From positions 9,456 through 73,455 of the forward strand of contig JALMLS010000371.1 of the NCBI GenBank assembly GCA_038496445.1: 64,000 bases of DNA, in the 5' to 3' direction. Numbering within the stretch: position 1 is the first letter of the stretch; each line of letters starts with the position of its first letter. A program made the translations under genes and the position numbers. This DNA is from Trichosphaerium sp. ATCC 40318. Taxonomy: Eukaryota; Protista; Tubulinea. The notes beneath the pieces are model-generated. The model saw only the letters and a program-made list of their open reading frames with translations, searched no databases and was not told the DNA's origin. Positions 35,470-48,859 of the stretch are shown here, in pieces.

Positions 35470-38235
35470 ATCTAACGAATACTGTCTCGATTGTTATGTT
35501 GCTAAAAAATATTTGAAAGTCAAACATCTCAAGTCAACTAAACTCCACCAAACGTTGTACTAGAATCAACCTGTCCGTTTGTTGTTATTGCAGAACATAG
35601 CGTTTTCAAAGGACCAAGTACTGGCGAGATTACAGAACTAAGAAAAACAGATGTTAACATTTTTTAGAGAAGTTCAAAAAAAAATTTGTACCTAAAATAG
35701 GATAACATATAGAACGTTCTCGTGAACGGTGTCATTATTGCTGATAAGCTAACATGTGATGGCTTCTGTTGCCTACTGTTCTCTGGGGCCTTTCTACTAA
35801 CAAGAGACAACAAAGAAAATTTCCCAGGAATAGCTACAAACAATAAACAGTTAGTAAAGTCACCTCTTTTTCTCATTCTTTGATTATAGGTTCATTCATC
35901 GTACGTTCAAGTATCACTTTGGCATCTTTTTTGAGACCTAGTAGCTGGCGCACGTGATCTACAGCCGTATCTATACCACCCAAATCATCAACTAAGCCAT
36001 GTTCTTTAGCCTGTAAGCCCGTCCAAACGCGACCTTGAGCCACTACAATTGTACTTGATTAACATTTCATTCCTTTATATTCAAAACGCTTACCTTTTTC
36101 TACATCCTCCACGGACATGTTTCTTCCTTTGGCCACGTTTTCTATGAACTGGTCATAGAAGTCGTCGAGCATTTCCTCTAATTTTTGCTTTTGTGCAGGT
36201 TTAAGGTTGTGAAATGCAGAAAATACAGTTGCAGAGTCGCTTGTCTAGTTATATCAGTTTGAGGGTTTTTTGAAAGAAACACTAGGGTTGATGTTGATGG
36301 GGTACCTTGACATCATCGAAAGTTATGCCAAGTTTTTGGAACATATCTCTCATCACAAATTTAAGAATGACAACACCAATCGATCCAGTGATTGTAAGTG
36401 GTTGGGCTATGATCCTATCTGCATACATAGATATCCAATAGCCACCACTTGCAGCAACATTTCCAAATGACACAACTACCTATGTAGATATCCCGTGAAC
36501 ACGTCAAAAACCTTCAAAAAAAAAGGAAAAAAGAAAGAAAAATTTTATACTGTACTTTTTTTCCTTTCTGCTTTGCTCGAACAATTTCTCTTGCTATAAC
36601 ATCAGAAGCTACTGCACTTCCACCACCCGAATTAACACGCATAATGATAGCTTTAACCCTCTTGTCATTTGCTGCAGTTCTTATTTGAAGAGCAGTTGTA
36701 TCCGATCCAATCGTTGGGTTGTTGCTGTAAACAGGATTGCTCTTACCAGGTAAAATATTACCTTCCGCTATTTCGACCATCAAAAAACAAGCAACAAGAT
36801 GATTCCTTCAATAAGCTTCTACGTACCTGTGATTAAAGCCACTTTGGTAGAACTGAAAATAACAGAGCGCTGAGGACGACCTACTTTTGCCAAGTACGTG
36901 TTCATGTAGAGCATGTTGTATTTCTTTACACCGAGTTTCTTTTTCAGAATCTTATTGTACACCTAAATCACCTTTCAGTTTAATTCATTTAACACGTGGT
37001 ATATAAAATTCACCTCATCTTCATAAGCTAGACCGTCTATGAACTTAGATTCAACCATCGACTGTGTAGTATGTGGTCCCTCTAGTCAAGAGCTGTAAAA
37101 ACAAACTGAAATGCGAATGAGTGTTTACCTTTGAATAGAGTTAACACCTCCTCTTCTGTAACACCACGGTCTTCGGCAATTTCTCTAGAGTATACACCCT
37201 GAACATCCTTTATTATAGCTTCCACCACTTCACGGTGTTCCTCTGTGAACTTGTCTTCACAAAACAAGTTTTTCGCATTCTAAAATTTTTTATGTTAGTC
37301 AACAAGAACCTTGTAGGTGTTTTTTGTAAAACGTACCTTGTATGCCTTTCTTGCACCTCCTTCTGTCTGAATACCAAGCTTTTCAAGCATTTGTTTCAAG
37401 AAGGGGTGTAAAACCATAAAGCCAGTGACCAAAGCATAACCGATTTTAGGCATATAAATCTCGTCAAAAGAGCATGCTAAATAGTACCTAAAAAAAAGTT
37501 ACACTATTGGGTTTACATTATTTCTCTTTCTAGCGAAGCGTACATAGCCATTGCGTTACCCGAGAAGGATTCTGCGAAAGCAACAGCTTTCTTTCCTGCT
37601 TTGCGGAAGCGTTTAATAGCAGCTCGAAGTTCCTTTTGGTCGTTAACACAAAAGATGATTGCAGGGAAACGTGATTTCACAAATTCTTGCTTAATACACT
37701 GGTAATGTACCTGAACACTTGCATTGCCTATTTTAAGAGACCCTAACTTTGCTACTAGACCTGTAATTCTAGAATCCTGTGAAATCGGTGAACTCAAAAG
37801 ATGTTTTGATTTTTTTTTTTTTGGGTTCTGTAGATGTACCTTTGCCGCTATATCGATTGTATCGACCAGGTCACGCAAGGATATTTTATTTGAAGTCAAT
37901 TTAGCTATAGTTGGATCCAGTGGAGTGTCAATCACCTTAAAAACGAATAAATTAGACACAATGACACGTGACAGGCTTATTTTTGTACCAAGTCGGCGTC
38001 AAGCCTCATTTCTAGTACAGTGTTGTTAGAAACCCACTTTTTAGCCATTCTTTTGTAAAAGAAACGCGCTACTAGGAGAGCTATACTGTATTAGAGGTTT
38101 TAAACGATACTACACCGTACGCGGTATTATCCACCACTTAAATCGGTGTGCGATGTCTCCCGCATGTTTACAATAGCTAAAAAGCGCTTGAGGCTGTATA
38201 TGGTGTAAAAAATCGTAAGCACAAACTGCTGTCAT
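35470..38235 (-). CDS. sppA: Signal peptide peptidase SppA (protease IV, peptidase S49, two-domain type), multi-exon; 3' end approximate
   Basis: [74 protein letters not shown]. Confidence 0.9.
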
Positions 38236-38616
38236 GGACTTGCACTTTTTCTTTTATTTTCACGTGGAAATTTCGGCAATTTTCCTCATTTTTTGCAGTT
38301 GTCAATTTCTACGAAATATCAAGCTGTGACAACTAATGTTATATTAGAGACTGTGCGTAATGTAAGACGGTTTATTATGTAATACAAACAATTAGGTAAC
38401 TGGTACAAGATGGTTTTTGAATGTGGGATTGTCCATGTAAGTGCAAGTCCTTTTATTTGGAATTTTATTTAGTTAAGGTGGGACTAGTTAAGTGATCTCA
38501 GTGACCATTAGTTCTACGAACTATAGCTACATCTAAACCAAGCGTAGTGATTGTTGATTATCGGGAAGTGCAAGGTCTGCGTAGTTTTTTGTTAAGTAAG
38601 GATTGGATTGGAGTGA

Positions 38617-40039
38617 TCATGTGTTGATGTCTTTTAAGAACAAGTCGAGCTCTTGGTCGATTATATCTGGTAGTAGCTTATTCACGCGTGTATGCATGTG
38701 AGTATAAACTTGTGGTTTTTCTTTCATTCTTTGTCTATACGGGCTATTAGGATCATCAACGAGTTTGGCGTTTTCTGCAAGAAGCTTAAAAAAACCGCAT
38801 TAGTTTAAGAGTGCTTCAAGCTTTCATAGTCAAGTACGTTAAATGCAAGCCCTGTAAATCTTTTGAGTGCAAAATTGAGTAGCCATGTAGGTAAGTAGTC
38901 AAGCTTGGGATCCCCATTTGCCATCAAAGACACCTTTGTTTTGTTTGGCCCAATAGGCGTTAATAAAAATCTTGTGCAATATTATGAGAAACGTGGCTAC
39001 TGGTGTCTACAACGCACCCTCCAATTTCAATATCCATACGCACTCTTCCTTTCTTTAGCGTAGGTATATCTTCTTCTACTATGTCGTTTGGAGATAAAAC
39101 TATGGATTAGGAGTCAGACCATGTTTAAGTAGATTAATCTTACAAGGGTTGTCTGGAGATTCGATTGATTTTACAACACATAGCAATTGACCACTTGACT
39201 CTACGATGTCCACTCCAAATCCACACACTACCAGGGTGTTAGTACATATGCAATAATAATTTAGAGGCAGGTACCGACAATATCACGTGGCGCAAAGGGC
39301 CATGGAAGGTTAATGACAAACTGAGCCATTTTTTTAAAAAGGCTTATGTGCTTCAACTCGTAACAATGCTACCACCATTATCACTCTTTATTGTTAAAAA
39401 TAGGGCAAGTACCGTAAGCCCAACGCCATTTATACAGGGTATCCACTGATCGTACATATCAACCTCCATGAGTAGAGCTGCAACATTAAACATGTTTGTG
39501 TTCATCACGCCTTAATTAAACAAAGGTAATTAAGCCATGCGAAATAAAAAAATTCCAAATTTCTCATCAGGCATACCATCGCAACGAACAGTAATCAGGG
39601 AGGAACCTTCTTTTTGCTTGTACATGGTCTTCATGTCATGTTTATCGTTTTCAAAGACACCTTGCCAACCGTCTTGGTCAGATAGCTCCAAAAGTAGTTT
39701 CTGGACTGCTTTCGCTTCTCTTTTTACGCTTTTAAGCGTAGATTTTACTGTTGATGCGAGTTTGGTGAGTTTTGTTGTTGACAGCCCATCCGCTACTGTA
39801 TTTTAGAACAAAACGCGTCGCGAAGCTTATTTAGTACCTCGACGTTGCGTAATAGCATTTTTTACAGATTTCTTTAACGCACGTAATGGTTCAGGCGCCT
39901 AATAGTGTGTTTGAAGTGCTGATATTATCATACATACGTCTAGAACCCTGCCTTCTGCTTTTAATTTGTTTATACGCTCTAATTCACTAACAAGCGCTTT
40001 TCTCTTTAATTCTGGCGTTTTTTCTCCACTATCACCCAT
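38617..40039 (-). CDS. START/SRPBCC lipid-binding domain protein, multi-exon
   Basis: EVDMYDQWIP, LPWPFAPRDIV, VRMDIEIGGF, NGDPKLDYLPTWLLNF. Confidence 0.85.
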
Positions 40040-40307
40040 TGACAGGGCCCTGTTAATTTCGCGAAATTGCACAGTCCGAGAAGATAGTTGACTTTTTCTG
40101 TGAAGCGGACAACGAACCTGGCGGCTTTCTAACTTACAAACGCACTGCTAAAGCTGGTATGCTTTTTGATTGAAACGCCAAGCTATGTAGACGGTAAAGG
40201 TCGTAGTGGTATCGTCAAGTCGTTGTTCTTTGAAGCAATAACACAAATGGCTGTTTGGGAAGATAAGTCGAGTTGACAGTTTCTTTATTGTACTGATATT
40301 ACAGCAT

Positions 40308-41741
40308 TTAGACGCCAATGTTCTTAGCCTCAAGAGTTTTTTTGCAAACTTTAAAGTCAGTAGACTTTATGTTGCCAACAATCGCCGCAGTCTTTGCGCT
40401 TGAAGCGCCATACCACTAAAGAAAAAAAGTAAATATAAAAAAACCTTCAACTTATTTTTGTTTCATACGTATTTTGTGCCCCTAGGTAGTCCAGTTGGGG
40501 TACATGCAAATAAAGCTTGTTTAACAGATTTACCGCGACTGTCTTTGAAATTTGTGCTAGGGTTGATACAATGGTTGGTTAGTTCAAGTAATTTGTTGGT
40601 GATTGCGACATTGCTGTTCACTTTTGAAATTCGCCATTGAAAAGTTTTTTCATCTGATTTATCACAAGCAGCAACAACAATTCCAGCATTAACAGAGTTA
40701 AGATAATCGGCTATAAGAAAAAAATAAGCACGTGATAATACAAGAAATAAACTGGAAAAAAAAGAGAAAAAAACCGCATTCGTACCGAGGAGTTCTACAA
40801 ATGATTGAGTTGCTGTCTTTTGATGTTTGAATAGTAAAGTGATAAGGTTTACCAATTGTCCATACGCTGCAGAGTTTACATTCTTTAGTCCTGATTTTGG
40901 AATGTTGTGCTTTGCGTAGAATTTGTCGAGGTAATTCAACAGTCCATCCTCTAAAGCGGACATTTGTGTTACTACAGTGAGTGATCTCGCAACAACAAAC
41001 TGTTTCCAGGCTATATCGTAATTATGAGCGTTCGATGGATATTCCGTGGATCCTTGAACTTCAGCATAGCTTCTTGACCAGTTCAAAAGAAGCTCAATTT
41101 TACCTGATGAGGTAAAAATTAGCAAAATAATTTGTTTGGTAAAAGAAAGAATTATCACAGGTCGTACCACCAACGTCTGGAAGCATTTTAAGAAGATCAG
41201 TGAAGATACCAAAGAAAAAGTCCGCAAAATCCGAGTTCGATGGAGGTGGAGGGTCATCTTGTGACATGAGTGCTTGGAAGCCAACAAGATTTATTCTGTC
41301 GTAATCATAAGCCTTCTTAAAAGGCTCCATGAGAATATTTGACAAGAACCAATTGAAACTGATGCCTTTGTCTCCAGCTTCATTCTTCATGAGCTTTTTT
41401 AAAGAATCCAGACTATACTGTAGGTTGTCTAACTCTCGTTTGTGTGATGACGCATACGAACATTGATGGTTTGAGAAAGGATTATACGCCGATACTGTTA
41501 AATCACAAACGCAGTTTGCAGAGGTAGAGCAGCTCTTCGAACAAGAGTTTTTTGTTCCAAGACTTCCAGGGCAGCATCTTTCTCCTTGGCCTGATTTCTT
41601 GTTCCATGAAGGCCCGCAGGAAGTTTTACATCTCAATTTACCGCAGTACGAAACTTGAGGGTCTGTAGTATTTTCGTTTGAAGGTAGGTTGAACGCAAGT
41701 ATAGCTGATATCGCGAGAACACAGAGTAAGAAGGTGCGCAT
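40308..41741 (-). CDS. Secreted protein with a Cys-rich N-terminal module and a helical body, unknown function
   Basis: Signal peptide MRTFLLCVLAISAILA; ~10 Cys in first 95 aa; three apparent introns. Confidence 0.75.
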
Positions 41742-42599
41742 CGTGTTTGAAGGTTAGAATTATGAACTAACTGTTTTTTTTTCACATTTACAATCATTCA
41801 CATTATTGCTAGCGTTTACTACTACAACGATATTACAAATAGGTCTGTCTTTTTAATCACGTGCTTGTGGTCAATCCAGACTATTACTTCTGATCTTCAC
41901 AAGGTTCCCACTTTTTGAGCAAATAGATGTTAGAGCCACGTGATCTCGTAATCTTTTAGGAAATTTAATGTGGTACCGTTGACTGCTTCATTTAATTTCA
42001 ATTAAATGTCCCGCGGGTTTTTTCTTTCCGGTGAGATCTGAGGTGTAAGAATAGCCATGATAATTGACTATAGAATAATGGTGTTAACGTTCAAACTTTT
42101 CGTTTTTTATTTGGTAAACCACCGTGCCCCAAACTTGTCAAAAACACCAAATAGGTATATTTCCACGTCAATTAGTGCACGGTAGGCATGTATCCAGCCG
42201 TACTAAATGAATACGAGCTGCGGAAAAGGCAACAAAAAATCGGAAAAATCCACGTTCTTAATAGCTTTAGTACTGTTTCGTTCATTCTCGCATAGTGAAC
42301 GTTGTATTGGTACACGATAAAAATTGTAAGGGTGCACATTTTAATAAAACCATGTCGTAGACACGTTGTTCCTAGCGCTGTTCGTGGTATTTTACCAGGC
42401 AAGTGAACGGGTATTGCCGTAATATTAAAAAACCAACAGCTTTGAAAGCGCAGCTCAATATTCGCTATTGTACTCACATAATTGTGGAGGTACATTATAG
42501 GAGTTACAATTCTGCTCAAACAATTCTGTCTAACGGTTGACACATGTGATTTTTTTCCTTACAATTTTTGAGTGAATGCTGTATTTGTATCTTAGTACA

Positions 42600-43100
42600 T
42601 GGTATCTTGACAATAAAGGGACAACATTGCGGCGCCTGAGATGTGTATCACTTCATCTTACACTAACGCTCTTCCGTTATGATTATAAGCAATATTCATA
42701 TTCATAGCACCAAACGGCATATTCATGAGTATTCATTCATGAATTGTGGTGAGTCAGGATTTTGAGGAGATTTTGATTTGTAGCACCTAGCGATGTTCCA
42801 AATGGATAGATTCAACAAGTTGTATTTGAAAAACAAATTTCTCAGTTTTCTCTAGCTTTTATGGTGAGACAAAACGGCATCAACAAATTGCATCGCAGCA
42901 AATTGTAAAACCGTCACTCACAACATATTCATGTGGATGTAAAAGTTTGGCTAGCGCCATGTTCTTGTAATGTAACAGAAGAAGGTTTCAAGGCTTTAGC
43001 TGGTGTACAATTACTTTACAACGCGTTACAATTACTGATTAGGATCTGAATGCGTTGGATGATGCTCATGAGATTGACATATCAGTCATTAATTCTGACA
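42600..43100 (+). pseudogene. Decayed fragment of the GVHxIDLS-type LRR family
   Basis: VTEEGFKALAGVQ and ITD*DLNALDDAHEIDIS, with an in-frame stop and no continuous ORF. Confidence 0.55.
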
Positions 43101-43230
43101 CTAAATCACTTAATACCTTGCAACTTAACTGCGCATTTGTTCTTTTTTTTTCAAGTTTCTAGAAGGTTCTAAACGGAACATGCGATGAAAAAGCTTATCT
43201 TCCCAATAACTACTTAAAAACTAATCTCAC

Positions 43231-43917
43231 ATGCTGAGCCTACCAGTAGAGATGCGTTTCATGATATTTAGCGCTGATGAGTACGTTTTTAACATGTGGC
43301 CAATTTTGAGCAAGGAAACAGCATACACAAGTCGGTATAACGATAAGCTTGAGAAGCACGGTAAATTCAGACGTAAAGAGATTGTTTTTAACCAAATACG
43401 TAAAATTGAATGTTGGTACAGAGATGATAAGCTTGATGGCTTGTACTCTGAGTGGTATGCATGGGGTCAACTTTGCTCAGAAACTATGTACAAAAACGGA
43501 GTAAAACATGGCAGTAGCCACATATTTCATTCAAATGGCAATCTTCTTTCAGAGAGCTCATTCAAGGAAGGCAGACAACATGGTAAGCAGATGATATTTA
43601 ATGAGAGAGGAGATTTAAGAGAGGAACGTACTTTTGTTGAAGGTCGTATTGATGGCATGAGAAGAGAGTTGTTTGTTTGTAATCCAGGGACAATTGGGTC
43701 CAATACTCAGTTATGTGAAAGGAAGTGCTTTTACAAGATGGGCAAAAAAGAAGGGATGTGTGTCACACGTTTTGAGAAAGGAAACACGTTTGAAGAGTGT
43801 TTTTATTTGAATGGAAAGTTGCATGGTACATACAGGAAGTGGAATACTAATGGAGTATTGGAATATCACCTCGTATACAACGAAGGAGTTCTGGTTGAAA
43901 TAATAAAAAAAAAATAG
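43231..43917 (+). CDS. Intronless MORN-variant (MORN_2) repeat protein with an F-box-like N-terminus
   Basis: MLSLPVEMRFMIF; repeats YKNGVKHG, FKEGRQHG, YLNGKLHGTYRKWNTNG. Confidence 0.88.
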   Translation: MLSLPVEMRFMIFSADEYVFNMWPILSKETAYTSRYNDKLEKHGKFRRKEIVFNQIRKIECWYRDDKLDGLYSEWYAWGQLCSETMYKNGVKHGSSHIFHSNGNLLSESSFKEGRQHGKQMIFNERGDLREERTFVEGRIDGMRRELFVCNPGTIGSNTQLCERKCFYKMGKKEGMCVTRFEKGNTFEECFYLNGKLHGTYRKWNTNGVLEYHLVYNEGVLVEIIKKK

Positions 43918-43949
43918 GAAAACTAAATCACGTGTTTGATAACAAACTC

Positions 43950-46900
43950 TTATCTCAGGACGAAAAGTATTAATGTGGCCGTAATGAGTATATTCAATGT
44001 TACTTTTGACTTGTAGCAGAAACGTAGACAATAAAATCGAATACTTTGACAGCTTCCTTCTCGAATAGCATTGCTTTTGATATGGGGTTTAAACATTGAG
44101 AAAAAAAACAGATTTGGGTAAAAACAATCACACTTATTCCCGACACAACACAGGTTACCATGATCATCGATAAACGGATTAAGGATAATACTGTTTTTGA
44201 GCTTGTTTTTGTTCATCAGTGTGAGCATAAGTACATTGTATTAAACTTTATTAGCATTTGGGCCAATAGTAGCCCATAGCTCTTTGCATGCATTTTTGGA
44301 CGCTGAAGCAAGTAAAGATGTGTCTTCAACCTCCAAGCATATCGTATGTCCTTTTTGCTTTGTAAATACAGCAGCTCGGCTCCACAAATGCTATATAACT
44401 TATCATTAACAAACACAAAATACAAACAACTAAAAACGTGCCGTTGCTGTCCAGCCTTTATCAAGGAGGAACACTGTCAATGAATCCTTCATTGAAGCTT
44501 CCAAAGAAGTAACTTGAGTCATATCGCTACAAGCCCTGTAAATATCCATACAGGCATATTATTAAAAAAACACGTGCTCTGGGAGTGCTGATGCTAGCTC
44601 TTTCTTGGACGTTTCACCTAGAAGTGCAGGAAAAAAGATTTGTTTGTTGTTCTACAACACGTGTAAGAATGAAAGAGTAGTTATTTCTGTTGTTGTATAC
44701 CTCAATAGTTGGTGCTACACCTTGAACACATGCGCGTGGATTTACGATATATAAGACGCTGTGAAGTGCCAGTAAATTTGTAAAGTAAGACAAAATGCCA
44801 ATGTCAAAATTCTCTAAAATGTATGCAAGCTACAGTCAAAGTCAGCATACGTAAAAACAGGTACAGATAAATAGTAAAAAAAATTAGTACACGTGTTGTC
44901 AAGAACCCTTTGTTGAATGCTGTTGCTTTTGAAGTAATTAAAACTCCAACTACGTCCATAATAACGTTAGGGTCCAAAACCACATAATTCGCAACATTGG
45001 GTGCATCATAGTATCTCTTGGTGAACCATATTAGAAAAAAAACTTACGAAAATCCAACGAAAAGTTAGCTGTTCGTACAATGTATCCCATGTCACTTAAA
45101 TATTTTGTTATAGAAAATAACTCATTATCATCATCTATACCACCATATCCTTTTGCATATCTTCTCCATTCCTTGAAGGTGTTAAATGGATATGGAATGT
45201 TAGGGCTATATTTTTTTTTAACGTACTTGAAATTTTAGTATTTGAAAGTCACGTTTGAGACATGTTGCTAAGTATTGCATTCTCCAATGATTCATTCCTA
45301 TTTTTTTCACCAATCCCATCGTTTTTCGTAAAGGCAGTTCACTTGATACCTTGGATAATTGATTCGCAAGCTCTAAATTTATCAAGGGTTAACTCTCCAT
45401 GTTCCAACATTTTCTACAAAAAAAAATACCTGGAATGCCTTTGCCAGTCATATTAGACACGAAACAAACACCCATGAAAGGAAATGAATCAACGTTATAT
45501 CTTAAAACAAGTGCGCTATGTAGTTTACTAACATAGACCTTATTAGCAACATCTAGATGAGTTCCTGAAGGGCGTAAGACAAAACGTATAAACATTGAGA
45601 TTAAAAAGTTTTTTGGTACCAACAATGAATATTGGAATTGAGCCAGAAGTGTCTAGTACGGACTGTATCCAAAAGTCCAGCCGATTTAGATCGGCATTAC
45701 CTACATTGAAGCAAATGACAGCGGCACAATGTTCATGTGACAACATCATCTTATAAGCAAGGTGGTAAACGGTTTGACCTGTCGTCAGTCACAACTTGTT
45801 TAAGAAAAAAAAAAATCTTAATCATTTCCGCACCTGCAAAGTCCCACGTTATATGTTCAACTCTGTCCTCTTTTGGACCTTTTTGAGGTAGTTCTAGTAA
45901 TCCTGTATCGACCCCATATGTAGTTAGAATTAAAAGTGGTTGATACGAATGAGTGATCTGTTTACTGCTCAAAGAGTTTAAAGTTGTCGTCTTGCCAACA
46001 TTGTTGTCGCCCAAAAATACCAAACGTGACCGATTTCCAACTTCAGCCGTAGCGCATACTGAGCGACAATAGTTCAATAGCGCTTTATCAGATTGACTAG
46101 CAAGTGCACTTCGTATACCACGAGGAATTGGAAAAGGTAACAAGTCCAAAGGGCATTCTGTGACAGCGAGGTTTGAAAGAGTCGGATGGACGAATAGAGA
46201 CATTGGCAAGTCTTTCAAGTTCCTGTTGTAGCTTAAATTAATTGTTTCGAGTGCTGGAAGACATGAGAACATATCTGCTACAGTCGTAATATCGTTGTAG
46301 GAGGCATTCAGTGATTTTAATTGCGATAGATGTCTCAGAGATATCGGTAGTTCAATAAGCCCACACTCCCTCAATGTCAAGTGCGTTAAAGTGATCAGAG
46401 CTGATATTGCAGGGTAAGGTACATAAGTGAAAGTTGACTCTTCTATCACAAGCTCTTTAACACCACCGCCCTATAGTCCAAGTCAGTTCAGACTATAACC
46501 AACGGGACGAAAAAAAAAGATTGAACAAAATCAAACCCTAAGTGCCTACCTTGAGTGCTATGAGTACATTGTCTATTGCGTTTAATTCAATATCATGACG
46601 CTTTAATAAATGAGCCTTAGTCACTAACCCTCTCGCACACTAGTGATCGATTAATTTGGAAACAAAGTAACACGTGACTTTTTTCTCTTTTACCTTTATA
46701 ACCTGCCTATTTCCGCCTAGAACTTGCTTCAAGGTCCGTACTGCGAGTTGAGCTTTTGCTGTTTTTTTACTCATATACATAGACTCCTTCCTTGATCTAC
46801 TAGATGATAGAGATCCTGATACCATAATAACTGTTCCTTTTTTTGGATGAACTTCCTCTATAAGTACTTGTTGTAGCGTGAAATTCTTTCCAGATATATA

Positions 46901-47283
46901 CTCCGCAAAGGCAAGTAATGAAGGAGGTTTAATATCATTCCTTGATAAGTCTATAAGTTTTAATCTTTTGTTAAACGCCAAGCACTCTGAACCAAGCGTC
47001 ATTAGTAGTTTTGGACCTAATCCATACGAAGGCAAGTGTAGCTCCTTTATAAAGTTATCTTCGCCTAATTTCTTGAAAAACAGAATAACATCATCAACGT
47101 TTACGCCACCACTACTTTTTTTAAGTAAAACAGTCGCTGGTGGTTTTAATTCGATTGATAGGCTTCGTTCCGCTTTAAACTTCTTTAACCATCTAGGCCT
47201 ATAATAATAGCGTAAAATACTGTATTTTATCACGTGTTACGAACGGACAAAACTAACCATTTCGGTTTTTCTACTTTTTCCAT
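43950..47283 (-). CDS. Roco protein (LRR-Roc-COR) without kinase, multi-exon; 3' end approximate
   Basis: RI-type and typical LRRs; LVFLGDNNVGKTT, TTYGVD, TWDFAGQ, IFIVGTHLD; COR-like YLSDMGYI...VVLDPNVI. Confidence 0.85.
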
Positions 47284-48859
47284 CGTTTCTTCGTCTATAC
47301 ACTCCAGACGCTAATGACGCTCGATATAATACCCTGAGAACGCGCGGATATCCAAAAAAGATACCGCTAACCACCTGAACTGTAAAGTGAACAAGAAAGA
47401 CGTTCGGTTACAGTTTTGGTGTATTCGTTTGTTGTAACCAGTTTAGTCATCGCTTTAAGTCACAGTTTATTTGCACGTGTTCTAAAACACGCTCACAACC
47501 GAATTCCAGCATTTTAGATCTCTACATACCAACACATTCGCTTATAACCTAATTTGTAACAAAGCCACTTATCGACGAGGCCGAAGGCGCTTTATGCTTT
47601 AAAACCTTTGTGTATCACTCCACTCCCGAGACTTGTAACGCATAAAACTTTATGCTCTTATCATCACTTTACTCTAATGTACTGTTCGTCTTTACGATTA
47701 AGACAAAGTTGTATTCTACAAGTCATGTTTTCTATTTGTACCAAGCAAAGGCTAAGTGGTTTTTTTATTTGTGTATACATTTCGTATTACATACTCTTCG
47801 CTTTGATATGTTTACATTACGATAGCTTGATTGTGTGTACACTGGACAGATTAAATCCAATTATATGTTGAATTTGGCATGGTAAGTTTAATGGCATTAC
47901 ACTTGCAAGACTGTTCGTACCTCCATTAATCGCAAGTTACTCAAAAATATATATGAAACCTAACAATTCTACAAGATTCTTTACAACTCATACTTACGCA
48001 ACCACGCAAAGGTTGTTACTTCACTTTACACTCTCAATTTTATGTGCTGGTTCTGTATGCGAAACAAAGCCAAGATAACTTTAGACCATTGTTTTATTAG
48101 GCATTAAGCTTTGTAAGAAACCATGCAAAACAATAAAAAAGGAATACTGATGCATTCTTTTTTGCTAAATGAAAGAAAAAAAAAAGGAAAACTTGTGAAA
48201 TGTTAATTAATAGAAGAAAAAGGATTTTATTAATTACAACAACCCCCTTGTGTGAACCAGCGAAACCCTATGTATAGAATAGAAAGTAAGTTATTAAAGG
48301 ACACTACATATGTACCGTTCTGCAAGCCATCATCCCTTATCACCCAAAGCCAATCTGTGAATCCTACCTAATGATTACATCTACTGCACCCATCCTGTGC
48401 ATCCACATCCCATTGTACCTAACCTATTGTGAGTTACACCTACTGCGCCTGTAATCTGTTCCTTTGTCATCTCAACACGTGTTAAACTCGGTCAACCAGT
48501 GAAAACTGACCCAGCTGGCATGTGCTAAGAGGATGAAGAACAGACTACAGTACAGATACCACCACAGTCGTATAATGAGCAGTAGGTGTAACAATCCCAA
48601 TACCCCCATCCTGTGAATCCTGCCTAACGCACCATCCTATGAATCTATACCCACCTTGTACCTACCTATTGTAAGCCAAGTTGCGAAGGTAGAACAGTTA
48701 GTCAATACACTTTTAAACATCCAATAAACACGTACTTATGCTAAGCCACCACTTGCACCCAAATCTGTATCCCTTTGCCAACATCTCTTAGCCAACCTGC
48801 ACAGAAGTTACCATCAATTACACCACAACTTACCCTCATGTTTATAGTTAATGCCAATA

